The notes under the pieces: generated by a model
Database searches by the model: none
Told to the model about the DNA's origin: nothing
The model's input: the letters and a program-made list of their open reading frames with translations, nothing else
Shown: one piece after another, positions 36,403 to 45,357 of the stretch
How positions within the stretch are numbered: position 1 is the stretch's first letter
Layout: every line of letters begins with the position of its first letter
Program-made: the position numbers and the translations under genes
From: an uncultured bacterium
Lineage (GTDB): Bacteria > Abyssobacteria > SURF-5
Reading direction: 5' to 3'
DNA: 64,000 bases
Assembly (NCBI GenBank): GCA_964607485.1
Contig: CAZSKP010000006.1
Span: 43,344 to 107,343 of the forward strand

Positions 36403-36435
36403 AGAGAGGCAGCCCGGGGCTGTCTCTTTTGCTTT
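36403..36435 (+). terminator. Intrinsic terminator after clpX
   Basis: Stem AGAGGCAGCC/GGCTGTCTCT followed by TTTGCTTT. Confidence 0.7.
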
Positions 36436-36476
36436 GTCCGAAGCTTGGCTTCTCCGTTGCCGTCGGGGCGCAGGGA

Positions 36477-37055
36477 ATGAAGATTACTTCCTCGGAATAC
36501 ATCGTCAGCGCGTTCAACAGGACGCAGTTCCCAAAAGACCGGTTGCCTGAGATCGCCTTTGCGGGCAGGTCAAACGTCGGCAAGTCTTCGCTCCTCAATT
36601 GCCTTGTCGGAAGAGACATCGCCAAAATCAGCGGCACTCCCGGCAAAACGCGGGCGATCAATTTCTTTCTCATCAATCGGAAATTCTATTTCGTTGACTT
36701 GCCGGGATACGGTTATGCGCGCGTGCCGAAGCGTATGCAGGAGAGTTGGCGGCAATTGATGGAGGGATACATCGGCGGGAGGCCCAACCTCAGGGCGGCC
36801 GTCGTGATCATCGACGTCCGCAGGGAGGCGATTCCGGAAATGGATTTGCAGATGATCGACTACCTGTCATCCGTCAAAGTCGCGTGCGTTCCCGTTCTGA
36901 CCAAGGTGGACAAGCTGAGCCGGTCCGCGCTGGCCCGTTTGAAAAAGGCTCACGCCCGCCAGCTTCCTTCCGAAGCGCACCCGACGCTGTTTTCCGCCGT
37001 CACACGCGAGGGACTCAGCGAGCTGCGGAACCGAATAGCCGACTATCTCGCCTGA
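36477..37055 (+). CDS. engB: Ribosome biogenesis GTPase YihA/YsxC
   Basis: GRSNVGKSS, TPGKT, DLPGYG, TKVDK. Confidence 0.95.
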   Translation: MKITSSEYIVSAFNRTQFPKDRLPEIAFAGRSNVGKSSLLNCLVGRDIAKISGTPGKTRAINFFLINRKFYFVDLPGYGYARVPKRMQESWRQLMEGYIGGRPNLRAAVVIIDVRREAIPEMDLQMIDYLSSVKVACVPVLTKVDKLSRSALARLKKAHARQLPSEAHPTLFSAVTREGLSELRNRIADYLA

Positions 37056-38740
37056 GTCTGCGCTTCTTCCTCCGAAACGTCGTATATGAAGATGGAATAT
37101 CCCAGGGTCTTTTTCGGTTGTAGCTTCTTCAGCCAGTCGTGGCAGTGCCGGTCTTTCAGGTAAAGGTTCTGAAGGTAAGTCGCGCTGACTGCCCATACAC
37201 CGGGAGAGGGCTCGCAGTCGTTCAGGTCGGCGTTTTTCAATCCATAGTATTCCATCACTCCGGGAGGCCCGAAGTATTTAATTTTCGCATCCGTTATGTC
37301 GTTTTTGGCAAGGTAATTTGCAAGCTCGCCGAGGCTCTGGCCCCAGTCGAGATTGGAGTCCACGAGATACTTATACCCGTTGCTCGGACCGCCGACCAAC
37401 TCGTTGAAATAGGCGAGATAGTGCGGATATATCCACGCCGCCGACGCCGCATACCAGACGCACAGCAGCGCCAGAGCTTGCCTCCATTTTTTCGATTCGG
37501 TGGTCGCGACTTTTCCGGCAAGAATACAAAACAGCGGGATCAGCGGAAGAATATATCTGAGCCCGATGTTTATCTTTGTCGGGAGCGAGAACAGTATTAT
37601 CATGGGCGCCATCGATAACAACAGAAAGCGTTCATCTTCTTTCCGCTCGTTCGCGTTTCTGCGCGTGACGAGCGCCACCGCGAGGAAAATGATGAATGGC
37701 AGCGGAGTTTTTATCAAAAAGGCCGCCCAGTAGAAATACCACCAGCCGGTGGACGAGATGTGACCGAAGAGGAAATTGTCTTTCCAGCCCTTGGCCGCCG
37801 CAAGCTGGGTGTAGATGCCGAGGATGTACGAATATGCCGGCACGCGCACCCCGCGACTTGCGAGCGCGTCCACCGCATGCCAGAACGGTTTTTCCTTCAC
37901 CAACCTCTGCGCCTCCGGCTTCAGCCACTCCGGCATGAATGGGACGCCGAACTGGAAGCCATAACCCGCCCAAACGACGAACACCGCGACGCCGAAAATG
38001 AGCGCGAGCCTCAACGCAAGTTGGCTCAGAGTGTGCGGGCGGCTCGATTTCTCCCCGGGCCGGCGCCACTGCATGAGCGCGACAAAGAGAAACGTGGGAA
38101 CCAGGATCAGCCCGGTGAACTTCGACAGCAACGCGAGGCCCAGCCCCAGCCCGGTCAGGAGAAGACGCCCGGCCGACGGATTCCGAAGGTAGCGGCTCAG
38201 CAAATACAGCGCCAGCGTCATGGTCAGCGCGAGCAGCAGGTCGGCCGTCGCCAGCCGGCAGTGCGCGAGAATCGTCGGACACAGCGCGTAAAGAAACGTC
38301 GCGAGAACGGCGGCGGATGCGCCGTAGATTTCTCTGCACCAGAGGAATACCAACAGTCCCAGCAGGGCCGAAAGGATGACAAACGGGACACGAGCCAGAA
38401 ACATCATGAGGGCGGGGGAGTGTCCTGAGTCGAACACCAGCGGCGGGCCGATGTACTTGCGATATATGTATTGCTCGTCGCCGAACCGGTCGGGCTGGAA
38501 CTTCAGCGGGAACAGCAGGAGGCTGTTTACGTAATAAGAGAGCGGCGGATGGAGCTGAAGCGCCGTGATTCCGTAGTTCCGCGTCTCAAGGAGCTGGCGG
38601 CCGACGCCGATGTAGCTAGGCTCGTCCCACGTGAGCGACGCCTGCCGCATGCTTCCCACCGCCAGCGCAACATGCACGGCGAGCAATGCGGCCACGACTC
38701 TTAAAATCGGGACAGAGCCTATTTTTTCGCCATTAATCAT
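37043..38740 (-). CDS. GT-C fold glycosyltransferase (ArnT/PMT-like, GT39/GT83)
   Basis: LTWDEPSY, HPPLSY, LLSKFTG, GWWYFY, IGLRYILP, LVDSNLDWGQ, many TMs. The first 11 codons lie inside the adjacent element. Confidence 0.85.
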   Translation of the reverse strand: MINGEKIGSVPILRVVAALLAVHVALAVGSMRQASLTWDEPSYIGVGRQLLETRNYGITALQLHPPLSYYVNSLLLFPLKFQPDRFGDEQYIYRKYIGPPLVFDSGHSPALMMFLARVPFVILSALLGLLVFLWCREIYGASAAVLATFLYALCPTILAHCRLATADLLLALTMTLALYLLSRYLRNPSAGRLLLTGLGLGLALLSKFTGLILVPTFLFVALMQWRRPGEKSSRPHTLSQLALRLALIFGVAVFVVWAGYGFQFGVPFMPEWLKPEAQRLVKEKPFWHAVDALASRGVRVPAYSYILGIYTQLAAAKGWKDNFLFGHISSTGWWYFYWAAFLIKTPLPFIIFLAVALVTRRNANERKEDERFLLLSMAPMIILFSLPTKINIGLRYILPLIPLFCILAGKVATTESKKWRQALALLCVWYAASAAWIYPHYLAYFNELVGGPSNGYKYLVDSNLDWGQSLGELANYLAKNDITDAKIKYFGPPGVMEYYGLKNADLNDCEPSPGVWAVSATYLQNLYLKDRHCHDWLKKLQPKKTLGYSIFIYDVSEEEAQTQAR

Positions 38741-39407
38741 GTTTTTTCAATGACTTAGAGGGGCGACCCCTCCTCGATTTCCGAAGTTTTCGGCCAAGTA
38801 CACGCTCAAGCTTATTGAGAAAATCAGGCGAACCTAGCGGATTTCCCGCCAGAGTTGAGCGTCTAATTTCGTCGGTCTCGGAGTGGGTTTCGCTTCTTGC
38901 GACGAATTCACGCCATTCCATGAGCAAATCCTTCGGGGGCCATCTTCTGGATAGGAGCCGGTCCATCTCGTCCATGTGACCCCGTGTGCTCGACCACAAA
39001 TAATCCCAAGGCCGCGCCACCGACCCGGCTCTCACGGGGTTCCGCTCAACATAGCGGACGGCGGCCAGCGTGTGCATCTCGTCGAGAATGCACGAGAAAA
39101 AACGCCCTTGCCAGAGATGCCCGGACTGAGAGTATTTTCGGTTGAAATGTTGGGCGTAGCGCATGTGCGTATCGGCGAGCGTTCGAGCCAGTGAATGTTG
39201 GCTCTTGGGGACGCACACGAGGTGGACATGGTTGGACATCAAGCAGTACGCGAAAATCTCAAGGCCGTGCTTTTCGCGATACCTCGCAAGCAGGTCGAGA
39301 TAGAGACGGCGGTCGGCATCGTCCAGAAAAACCTCCTGTTGCCTGTTACCGCGCTGAGTCACGTGATGCGGAAGACCCGCGGCCACGACTCTGGCTATTC
39401 TCGGCAT
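38733..39407 (-). CDS. Y1 (HUH) tyrosine transposase, RAYT/IS200-like
   Basis: PHHVTQRGN, AYCLMSNHVHL (HUH), GHLWQGRF, RYVERNPVRAG (catalytic Tyr), YLWSS. Confidence 0.93.
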   Translation of the reverse strand: MPRIARVVAAGLPHHVTQRGNRQQEVFLDDADRRLYLDLLARYREKHGLEIFAYCLMSNHVHLVCVPKSQHSLARTLADTHMRYAQHFNRKYSQSGHLWQGRFFSCILDEMHTLAAVRYVERNPVRAGSVARPWDYLWSSTRGHMDEMDRLLSRRWPPKDLLMEWREFVARSETHSETDEIRRSTLAGNPLGSPDFLNKLERVLGRKLRKSRRGRPSKSLKKHD

Positions 39408-39413
39408 GGAAGA

Positions 39414-39442
39414 ATAATACCGGAATACTCTGCGCGTGTCAA
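39414..39442 (-). promoter_or_regulatory. sigma70 promoter of the transposase (leaderless geometry)
   Basis: Minus-strand TTGACA (39442-39437), 17 bp, TATTAT (39419-39414); ATG 7 nt downstream. Confidence 0.75.
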
Positions 39443-39545
39443 GGAGGCGATGTCGTTACTATTATAGTGGTAATGAGTTAGTACTAAAAAATAGGCTCTG
39501 TCCCTTTAAAGTGTCCCTTTAAAGACGCACACTTCGCGCGTGCAT

Positions 39546-39902
39546 TCAGAGTAACCACCTAAAATAAATTAACACAAGGAAGGCGAAGGAAAGCACAAAC
39601 ACCCATCCAGCAGTGAAAATCGACTCTTCCACAAATCGTCCTGATAGGCTGGCATATTGGTTCAAGCAGAACATTATCGCGAAGCCCACAATAGAACAGA
39701 TCAGGTTGAGTTTCAAGAAATACATCACAGCGGCCCCGCCTCCTGTAATCAAAAGGGTATCGACGAAAGGGTTGATATATCGATGGACAAGCTGATTCGT
39801 AGGTGGGGGCCACCATCTGGAACATGTTATCGCAGGAGTGACAACAATCGCTATGACGTATTCAGCGAGAAGGAATAAGAAGAACTTACCGAGCATCAGC
39901 AT
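39546..39902 (-). CDS. Small multi-TM hypothetical protein (AT-rich)
   Basis: 118 aa with about four hydrophobic segments; GA-rich stretch upstream; no family recognised. Confidence 0.6.
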   Translation of the reverse strand: MLMLGKFFLFLLAEYVIAIVVTPAITCSRWWPPPTNQLVHRYINPFVDTLLITGGGAAVMYFLKLNLICSIVGFAIMFCLNQYASLSGRFVEESIFTAGWVFVLSFAFLVLIYFRWLL

Positions 39903-39965
39903 ATCTCTCTATTCCTCACGCGCTCACGCAAATGGGATCAGTTGATCCTATTGTTCCATTATGTC

Positions 39966-40415
39966 TTATCTGAGTCTTCTCAGTCTCCAAAACCTCTTCA
40001 GCATACCATGAGAGTAGTACTTCTTGCCGGTAGAAGCCTGCGCGAAGGCGACATACTTTTCAGATTTCTGCCCGTACTCCAGAGCCTTTTTCTCATCGAT
40101 GAAGTATGAATGCGTCCTTCCTTCTGTCAGCTCGACATTTTGTATAGAGTCTTGAGCAATCGTATAGCGGTGCGCTGTTCCACGAGGATAGACAAGACCT
40201 GCTCCTGAGATCGTGATTGGCCTTCTCCCGGTATTGACAACGGAAATGTGAATCAAATCCATGTTGGCGTATTCTCCGATCGGCGGATATATCTTGAAGC
40301 CTCCAGAAACCCAAACTTTCACTTCTGGACGGTCTTTCAAGAATTCGACTATTCTGATAAGAGCCAAAATTGTTGAAAGTACCGCTCCCCAGATCGCAAG
40401 TAGCAAAGTGGCCAT
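39966..40415 (-). CDS. Hypothetical protein with one N-terminal TM and a beta-rich domain (AT-rich)
   Basis: MATLLLAIWGAVLSTILALIRIVEF-DRPEVKV...ISVVNTGRRPITISGAG. Alternative GTG start at 40439. Confidence 0.75.
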   Translation of the reverse strand: MATLLLAIWGAVLSTILALIRIVEFLKDRPEVKVWVSGGFKIYPPIGEYANMDLIHISVVNTGRRPITISGAGLVYPRGTAHRYTIAQDSIQNVELTEGRTHSYFIDEKKALEYGQKSEKYVAFAQASTGKKYYSHGMLKRFWRLRRLR

Positions 40416-40438
40416 ATCTGTTCCGTCTGAACCCAACA

Positions 40439-41167
40439 CTATATGTTCCCGGTCGATTTCAGTTCTTCGGCGAGTTTGGCAACAAACTGCGTAGACAGGC
40501 GCTCATCAAAACAAAGGGTGAGCGTCCCGGTTTCGGAAAGAAATTTGCTGGCAATCATGGCCTCCGGAGGACGTTTAGAGACAAAGAAAATCCAAAGGAA
40601 TCCACCTAAGATGAGCCGATAACAGTAGTGCCCGCGCGGACGCAGTTTTTCTGCACCCAATATCGCGTCCGTGATCAGTTGCCCGTTAACAACAAGTCCG
40701 CATACGAGGCACCCATATTTGTCTGGAGCGCCCGGGTCTTCGTTCAGCAACATCTTCCTTATGATTGGCTCATGCGGGCCCAATTTGACCTCCGCAAATG
40801 CTTTGTGTTTTGCTACTCCAGCTCGCCATAGCAAGGATAACTGAAATAGCTTGAATTTCTGGTAGTCGATTCCGGTAAGGGTTGTATTTCCAGCTATCTT
40901 ACCTTTAACTGTGGGGATCGTTATGGTCCGGCCGTTAAAAGCAGAGGAGGCATATGTTTCGAGCTTAGAAAACTTTGTTTCGCACGGCTGGCAGAGTAAT
41001 TTCTCTTGGATTCCCTTTTGCAGAAATTCGTGTTGTTTGTCTGCAACTGTGGAAAGTTTGTGGAATCGATGTATGCTATCGTATAACGGCTTATAGACAA
41101 ACTCAGGTATGATGTGCGAATTCCGCAGATCATCCTGACTTCCACACAGTTTGCACGGCATTTTCAT
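40439..41167 (-). CDS. HNH-like zinc-binding hypothetical protein (AT-rich)
   Basis: CKLC...SHIIPEF...LLCQPCE, followed by an unrecognised domain of about 170 aa. Confidence 0.75.
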   Translation of the reverse strand: MKMPCKLCGSQDDLRNSHIIPEFVYKPLYDSIHRFHKLSTVADKQHEFLQKGIQEKLLCQPCETKFSKLETYASSAFNGRTITIPTVKGKIAGNTTLTGIDYQKFKLFQLSLLWRAGVAKHKAFAEVKLGPHEPIIRKMLLNEDPGAPDKYGCLVCGLVVNGQLITDAILGAEKLRPRGHYCYRLILGGFLWIFFVSKRPPEAMIASKFLSETGTLTLCFDERLSTQFVAKLAEELKSTGNI

Positions 41168-41219
41168 TCTTTCAGAGTTGAAGAAGCGAATGATAGCTTC
41201 ATAAGACGCAGTGCTGATC

Positions 41220-42212
41220 CTACTTCTCCTGCAGGGTTTCTTCGATTTTCATGCCGAAGTGGCGGCCGCCGGATTGGCGGTGGACGAGGACTTCAGTGCC
41301 TTTTTTGAGGGAGGCGACGGAGACGGATTCGCCGCCGGGTTGGACGAGCCGGATGGTCTCGGCGTTTTGCAGGATGGTGGTGACTCGCTTGCCCCCGACC
41401 TCGGCGACGACGAGCAGGAGCGGCCGCTTCTCTATCTTGCAGCGGCCGACGTTGGCGATCTGCGTGGCGCCCTCGTAATCGACCACCATCGCCTCTTCGC
41501 CGGTCGCGAGTTCCGAGAGGTACCTCGTCTTACCGTCGGGGCTGAGTATGTAGGCGTGGACGGGGCCGGCGTTGACGCGGAACGGTCTCGCGGCGACGTA
41601 GGGGTTCTCTTCGGATTCCGACTGAACGAGGAAGAACGCGTCGCTCGCGTTGCCGATGAGCATTCCCTGGCCTCGTGTCATCTGCGTGCAGGTGTCGATG
41701 CACACGCGGTCGCCCATGCCGAGAATCTTCGTTTCGACGACCTTCGCCGTTTCCATCTCCAGTTTGGGAAGGAGGCCGTGGATGATATCGACCGTCTTGC
41801 GTACCTCGTTCGGGTCGTCGGTGCGAAGCACGACGCCGTCCACCCCTTTTTCGAGTATCTGGACCGCGGTCCTGGCCATCTCGGAATCCTTGACCTCGAC
41901 AAACAGGCCGCCCCTCTGGGCGATGAGGTTTTCGAGCGGGATGACCGTCCAGTCCTTCATGCGGAGGATAAGCTGTTTTCCCTTCGGAGCGCGGGCGGCC
42001 TTCTGTTCGTCGTCCTTCCCCTTGATTTCGAGGCTGAGGACTTCGTCGCCCAGCTTAATGTCGCCGTCGTCGGCCACGGTGGGTATTATCCCGAGTTCTT
42101 TGACCTTCGGCGTGTATCCCTTCGGGACGACGACCGCGTCGGCTCCGCACTCGAGCGCGCGTATGACGATATCCTTATTCCATGGGTCGGCGTTCACCCA
42201 TATCTTCTTCAT
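41220..42212 (-). CDS. aroB': 3-dehydroquinate synthase II (archaeal-type AroB')
   Basis: DWTVIPLENLIA, LEKGVDGV, GMGDRVCIDTC, RPFRVNAGPVH, LQNAETIRL, GRHFGMKIEE. Confidence 0.93.
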   Translation of the reverse strand: MKKIWVNADPWNKDIVIRALECGADAVVVPKGYTPKVKELGIIPTVADDGDIKLGDEVLSLEIKGKDDEQKAARAPKGKQLILRMKDWTVIPLENLIAQRGGLFVEVKDSEMARTAVQILEKGVDGVVLRTDDPNEVRKTVDIIHGLLPKLEMETAKVVETKILGMGDRVCIDTCTQMTRGQGMLIGNASDAFFLVQSESEENPYVAARPFRVNAGPVHAYILSPDGKTRYLSELATGEEAMVVDYEGATQIANVGRCKIEKRPLLLVVAEVGGKRVTTILQNAETIRLVQPGGESVSVASLKKGTEVLVHRQSGGRHFGMKIEETLQEK

Positions 42213-42215
42213 CGT

Positions 42216-43010
42216 CTATTTCTCCAACACTTTCTTCGCCTGCTTGGCGGTTGCCCCGTCGTGCACCACTTTGCCGATGGCCTCGACAATCTTCTCGGGC
42301 TTCTTATGTTGAAACGCGTTTCGGCCTATCGACACGCCCACGGCTCCCGCCTTGAGCGCATGTTCGACCATCGTGAGAAGCTGCGTCTCGGTCTCCATCT
42401 TCTCGCCGCCCGCGATGACGACGGGAACGGGGCAGCCCGCGACGACCTGCTTGAACGAATCGACGCTGCCCGTGTAGTTGCATTTGACGATGTCGGCGCC
42501 CAGCTCGGCCCCGACGCGCGCCGCATGCTTCACGTATTTCACGTCGTATTCGCTCTCAATTTTCCTGCCGCGCGTGTACATCATCGCCACCAGAGGCATG
42601 CCCCACTGGTAACAGGCCTTGGAGACTTGGCCGAAGTACTCCAACATCTCGGTGTCTCTCTCCGCGCCGAGGTTGATGTGGATACTGACGGCGTCGGCCC
42701 CCAGCCTGATCGCTTCCTCCACGGTACAGACCGGAACCTTCGTGTTGGGGTCGGGGCTCAACGAGGTGCTGCCGGACAGATGGATGATGAGACCGACGTC
42801 TTTTCCGCTGCCGCGATGGCCTGCGCCGACTATACCCTTATGAATGATGATGGCGTTGGCGCCGCCCTCGGTGACCTTGTTTATCGTCGTCCTCATATCT
42901 ACGAGGCCCTCGATAGGCCCCATCGTCGTGCCGTGGTCCATGGGCACGATCACCGTCCTGCCAGAATTTCTGTCGATGATCCTTTCGAGCCTTATCTTTT
43001 TTCCTATCAT
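42216..43010 (-). CDS. aroA': 2-amino-3,7-dideoxy-D-threo-hept-6-ulosonate synthase (AroA', DhnA-type class I aldolase)
   Basis: [39 protein letters not shown] (Schiff-base Lys), GRNAFQH; adjacent to aroB'. Confidence 0.9.
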   Translation of the reverse strand: MIGKKIRLERIIDRNSGRTVIVPMDHGTTMGPIEGLVDMRTTINKVTEGGANAIIIHKGIVGAGHRGSGKDVGLIIHLSGSTSLSPDPNTKVPVCTVEEAIRLGADAVSIHINLGAERDTEMLEYFGQVSKACYQWGMPLVAMMYTRGRKIESEYDVKYVKHAARVGAELGADIVKCNYTGSVDSFKQVVAGCPVPVVIAGGEKMETETQLLTMVEHALKAGAVGVSIGRNAFQHKKPEKIVEAIGKVVHDGATAKQAKKVLEK

Positions 43011-43277
43011 GGCGGATCCTTTCTCTGCGACGTCGTATAGCTCGATTTCTAAACACGCGTCGAATAATGACAAAACAAAAACATATTCTACTCCTTTATC
43101 ATCCAAAATTCAATTTTCCTAAGGAACAACGGAAATTTGCCCGAAAAACCGTGAATCCTTTCCCACGAGCCGGGCGCAATTCGCTTGCGATTCACGCCGC
43201 AGCGACCGGGTCCGATTTGCTAATCCTACTGCTGAGATTTGACACCAGTTGATCGGGCAGGATTCGTCGTTGAGGTC

Positions 43278-43778
43278 TCAAAAGAAGAATTTGAAATCTC
43301 TGAAGCAGTTTCCATTCGTGTGCAACAGGCAGCCCTTTATTTGAGGATACACTTCGTATTCTATCGCCAGTCCGTCGAACCAGCCTGCCATCCTGGCGAA
43401 TATGCCGCAGTCGTATCCGTCAATGGCCCCCATCTTCTTGATCCCCTCGTAGGCGAAGCATCGATTCGTCTCGATGTGCAGAATATTCTCTGTGCCGAGG
43501 TCGAAGGCGAAATCCATGAAATCGCCTCTGACCACGTCGAATCCCTCGTCAATGAGCTCCTTGAGTTCCTCGAAGGTCTCGATTTTTTCTATGCCGAGGG
43601 CCCTCGTGATCTTCTTTGCCTCCGCTGCGCCTATCGCTCTCGCTGCCGCCTGATTTATCTTGCTGGTCTTCTCGGCGCCGCATTCCTGCAAGCAGTGGTA
43701 GAACCACAACCCATCGTGGGTCATCCAGCACCTGACCAGGAGCTCCTTGAGTTCCTTTTTATCCAATGATCTCATCAT
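43278..43778 (-). CDS. DUF6125-like (V4R/ATC-hydrolase-like) hypothetical protein
   Basis: KELLVRCWMTHDGLWF, three Cys-containing C-terminal motifs; SD AGGAG. Confidence 0.7.
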   Translation of the reverse strand: MMRSLDKKELKELLVRCWMTHDGLWFYHCLQECGAEKTSKINQAAARAIGAAEAKKITRALGIEKIETFEELKELIDEGFDVVRGDFMDFAFDLGTENILHIETNRCFAYEGIKKMGAIDGYDCGIFARMAGWFDGLAIEYEVYPQIKGCLLHTNGNCFRDFKFFF

Positions 43779-44022
43779 GCATGCTCCTCTCATTCCGACT
43801 GGCTAAATCACGGCTGAGAGCATATCGAAAAGTGAAGACACTCCCGTCCGGGGAGATGGAGAAGACGGCACAGTCTCGCCAAGCGAGCACCGTCTTCCCC
43901 ATCCCGGAGTATGATGTCACGCGCTGCCTGTGCGTTCACATATTCCTTGCTTTGCACAGAGAATCAGTTTCGTCCAAATGAGCAGCGTATAGGGATTTCT
44001 GCAAAATCCTCCAGCGGCCTCA

Positions 44023-45102
44023 TCAATCCACTGTGAAATTCATCCCGCGCTCGGCGGCGCGCTTCAGGCTCCAATCCATCAGGTTTGCGGGGGGCTTGTC
44101 ATGTTCGGACTCCGGTTTTCGGACGAGCTTGATCGACTCCGTCGGGCACGTCGGCGCGCAGACCCCGCATCCGATACAGCGCTCAGCCAGCACGCGGTAA
44201 GCGCCGTTCTCTTCGACAATCGCATCCATCGGGCAGCGCTCGTCCGCGCATACGCCGCAAACGGAACAACTCTCCTGGTCTATCGCGGCCACGAAATGGC
44301 TCTTCGCGATCATGTTTGGGGACTTGAACTCCTTGATGGCGCGCATTCCCGCGCAGCAGCAGGAGCAGCAGTTGCACACAAATATCTGTCCCTTTTGGAC
44401 GTTGTAGGTGCAGTGTACCAGTCCCTCCTCCTCGGCGTCCTTTATGACCTTCAGCGCCTCTTCCTTGGAAATGACCCTTCCTCTCAGGTAGTTCTCATGG
44501 TAGGCATCCTCCTCGGGGGAGAAGAATAAGCACGCCTCCAATGTGTGGCCGCATCCTTTACCCTCCAGGGTGCGCTCTTTTCGACAGATGCAATCCGTCA
44601 CCTGGAACGATTTTGCCTCCTCGATCATCCGGCGCACGTCCTCGTATCTGTGTACGTGAAGGTCTTGCTTGATCTCGGTGCTCACGGGCACCACGCGTGC
44701 CAACGACGGTTCGAATCCTCCCAGCGTTTCGACCAGCTTAGGCATGTACTCCTCGAAGAGCTCAGCAAACTGCTTGTCCATCCGATTCAACTGTAGCTCG
44801 TAAAGGCCTATTATGAATGGGAGAAACACGTACACATGCTGCCCGGCTATCTTGGCGGCCGCGATATGTCCTCTTCGGACCATGTCGTCCAGAATTTTCT
44901 GCATTTCGTCCACGGGTTTCCCGAAACGTTCTGCGATTGCCTCGACGGTCTCGGGCATGGGCTTTATCTTCAGGACCATCTCGGCTTCTTCGGGTGTGAA
45001 TATCTTCTTAAGAATCTTCAGTTCGACACCGCTGTCGGTAGCGGGGAAACCGTTTGGAAAGCCATCCAGTTTTTTTGCCAGTCGTCTGTAGACATCTGTC
45101 AT
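44023..45102 (-). CDS. Multi-cluster 4Fe-4S protein
   Basis: MTDVYRRLAKKLD, CICRK, VCNCCSCCC, two ferredoxin motifs (CSVCGVCADERCP, CIGCGVCAPTCP); SD AGGAGG. Confidence 0.88.
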   Translation of the reverse strand: MTDVYRRLAKKLDGFPNGFPATDSGVELKILKKIFTPEEAEMVLKIKPMPETVEAIAERFGKPVDEMQKILDDMVRRGHIAAAKIAGQHVYVFLPFIIGLYELQLNRMDKQFAELFEEYMPKLVETLGGFEPSLARVVPVSTEIKQDLHVHRYEDVRRMIEEAKSFQVTDCICRKERTLEGKGCGHTLEACLFFSPEEDAYHENYLRGRVISKEEALKVIKDAEEEGLVHCTYNVQKGQIFVCNCCSCCCAGMRAIKEFKSPNMIAKSHFVAAIDQESCSVCGVCADERCPMDAIVEENGAYRVLAERCIGCGVCAPTCPTESIKLVRKPESEHDKPPANLMDWSLKRAAERGMNFTVD

Positions 45103-45357
45103 GGTCTTCCTCCTTTGGTTAGAAAACCGCATGCGGGTTTTCAGTCAAAGAGCTGGATGATGCCGCCGCTCATCCCGCCGTCCGATATCCTCGCCGAAAA
45201 CGGGGTGTGCGAGGAATCGGCAGGCAATTATCCTCAGCGACTGAGAGGGCAGCGCGCCCTCGAAAAGCGTCTTTGGGCGAGGCCGAATCGCCTCTCGTCA
45301 CTGTAATCCCGCGCCGAACTTTGCACCAACCTTGCTATAATTCATGCGCCGTCCAAG

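Larger units (their letters stand above)
38709..39504. mobile_element. TIR-flanked HUH tyrosine transposase element (TIRtron-like)
   Basis: Perfect 19-bp inverted repeats GGGACAGAGCCTATTTTTT (38709-38727) and AAAAAATAGGCTCTGTCCC (39486-39504) bracket a Y1 transposase gene. Confidence 0.85.

Noticed and set aside
39505-41215. Classical integron cassette array
   Set aside because: No intI gene and no recognisable RYYYAAC...GTTRRRY attC pairs.
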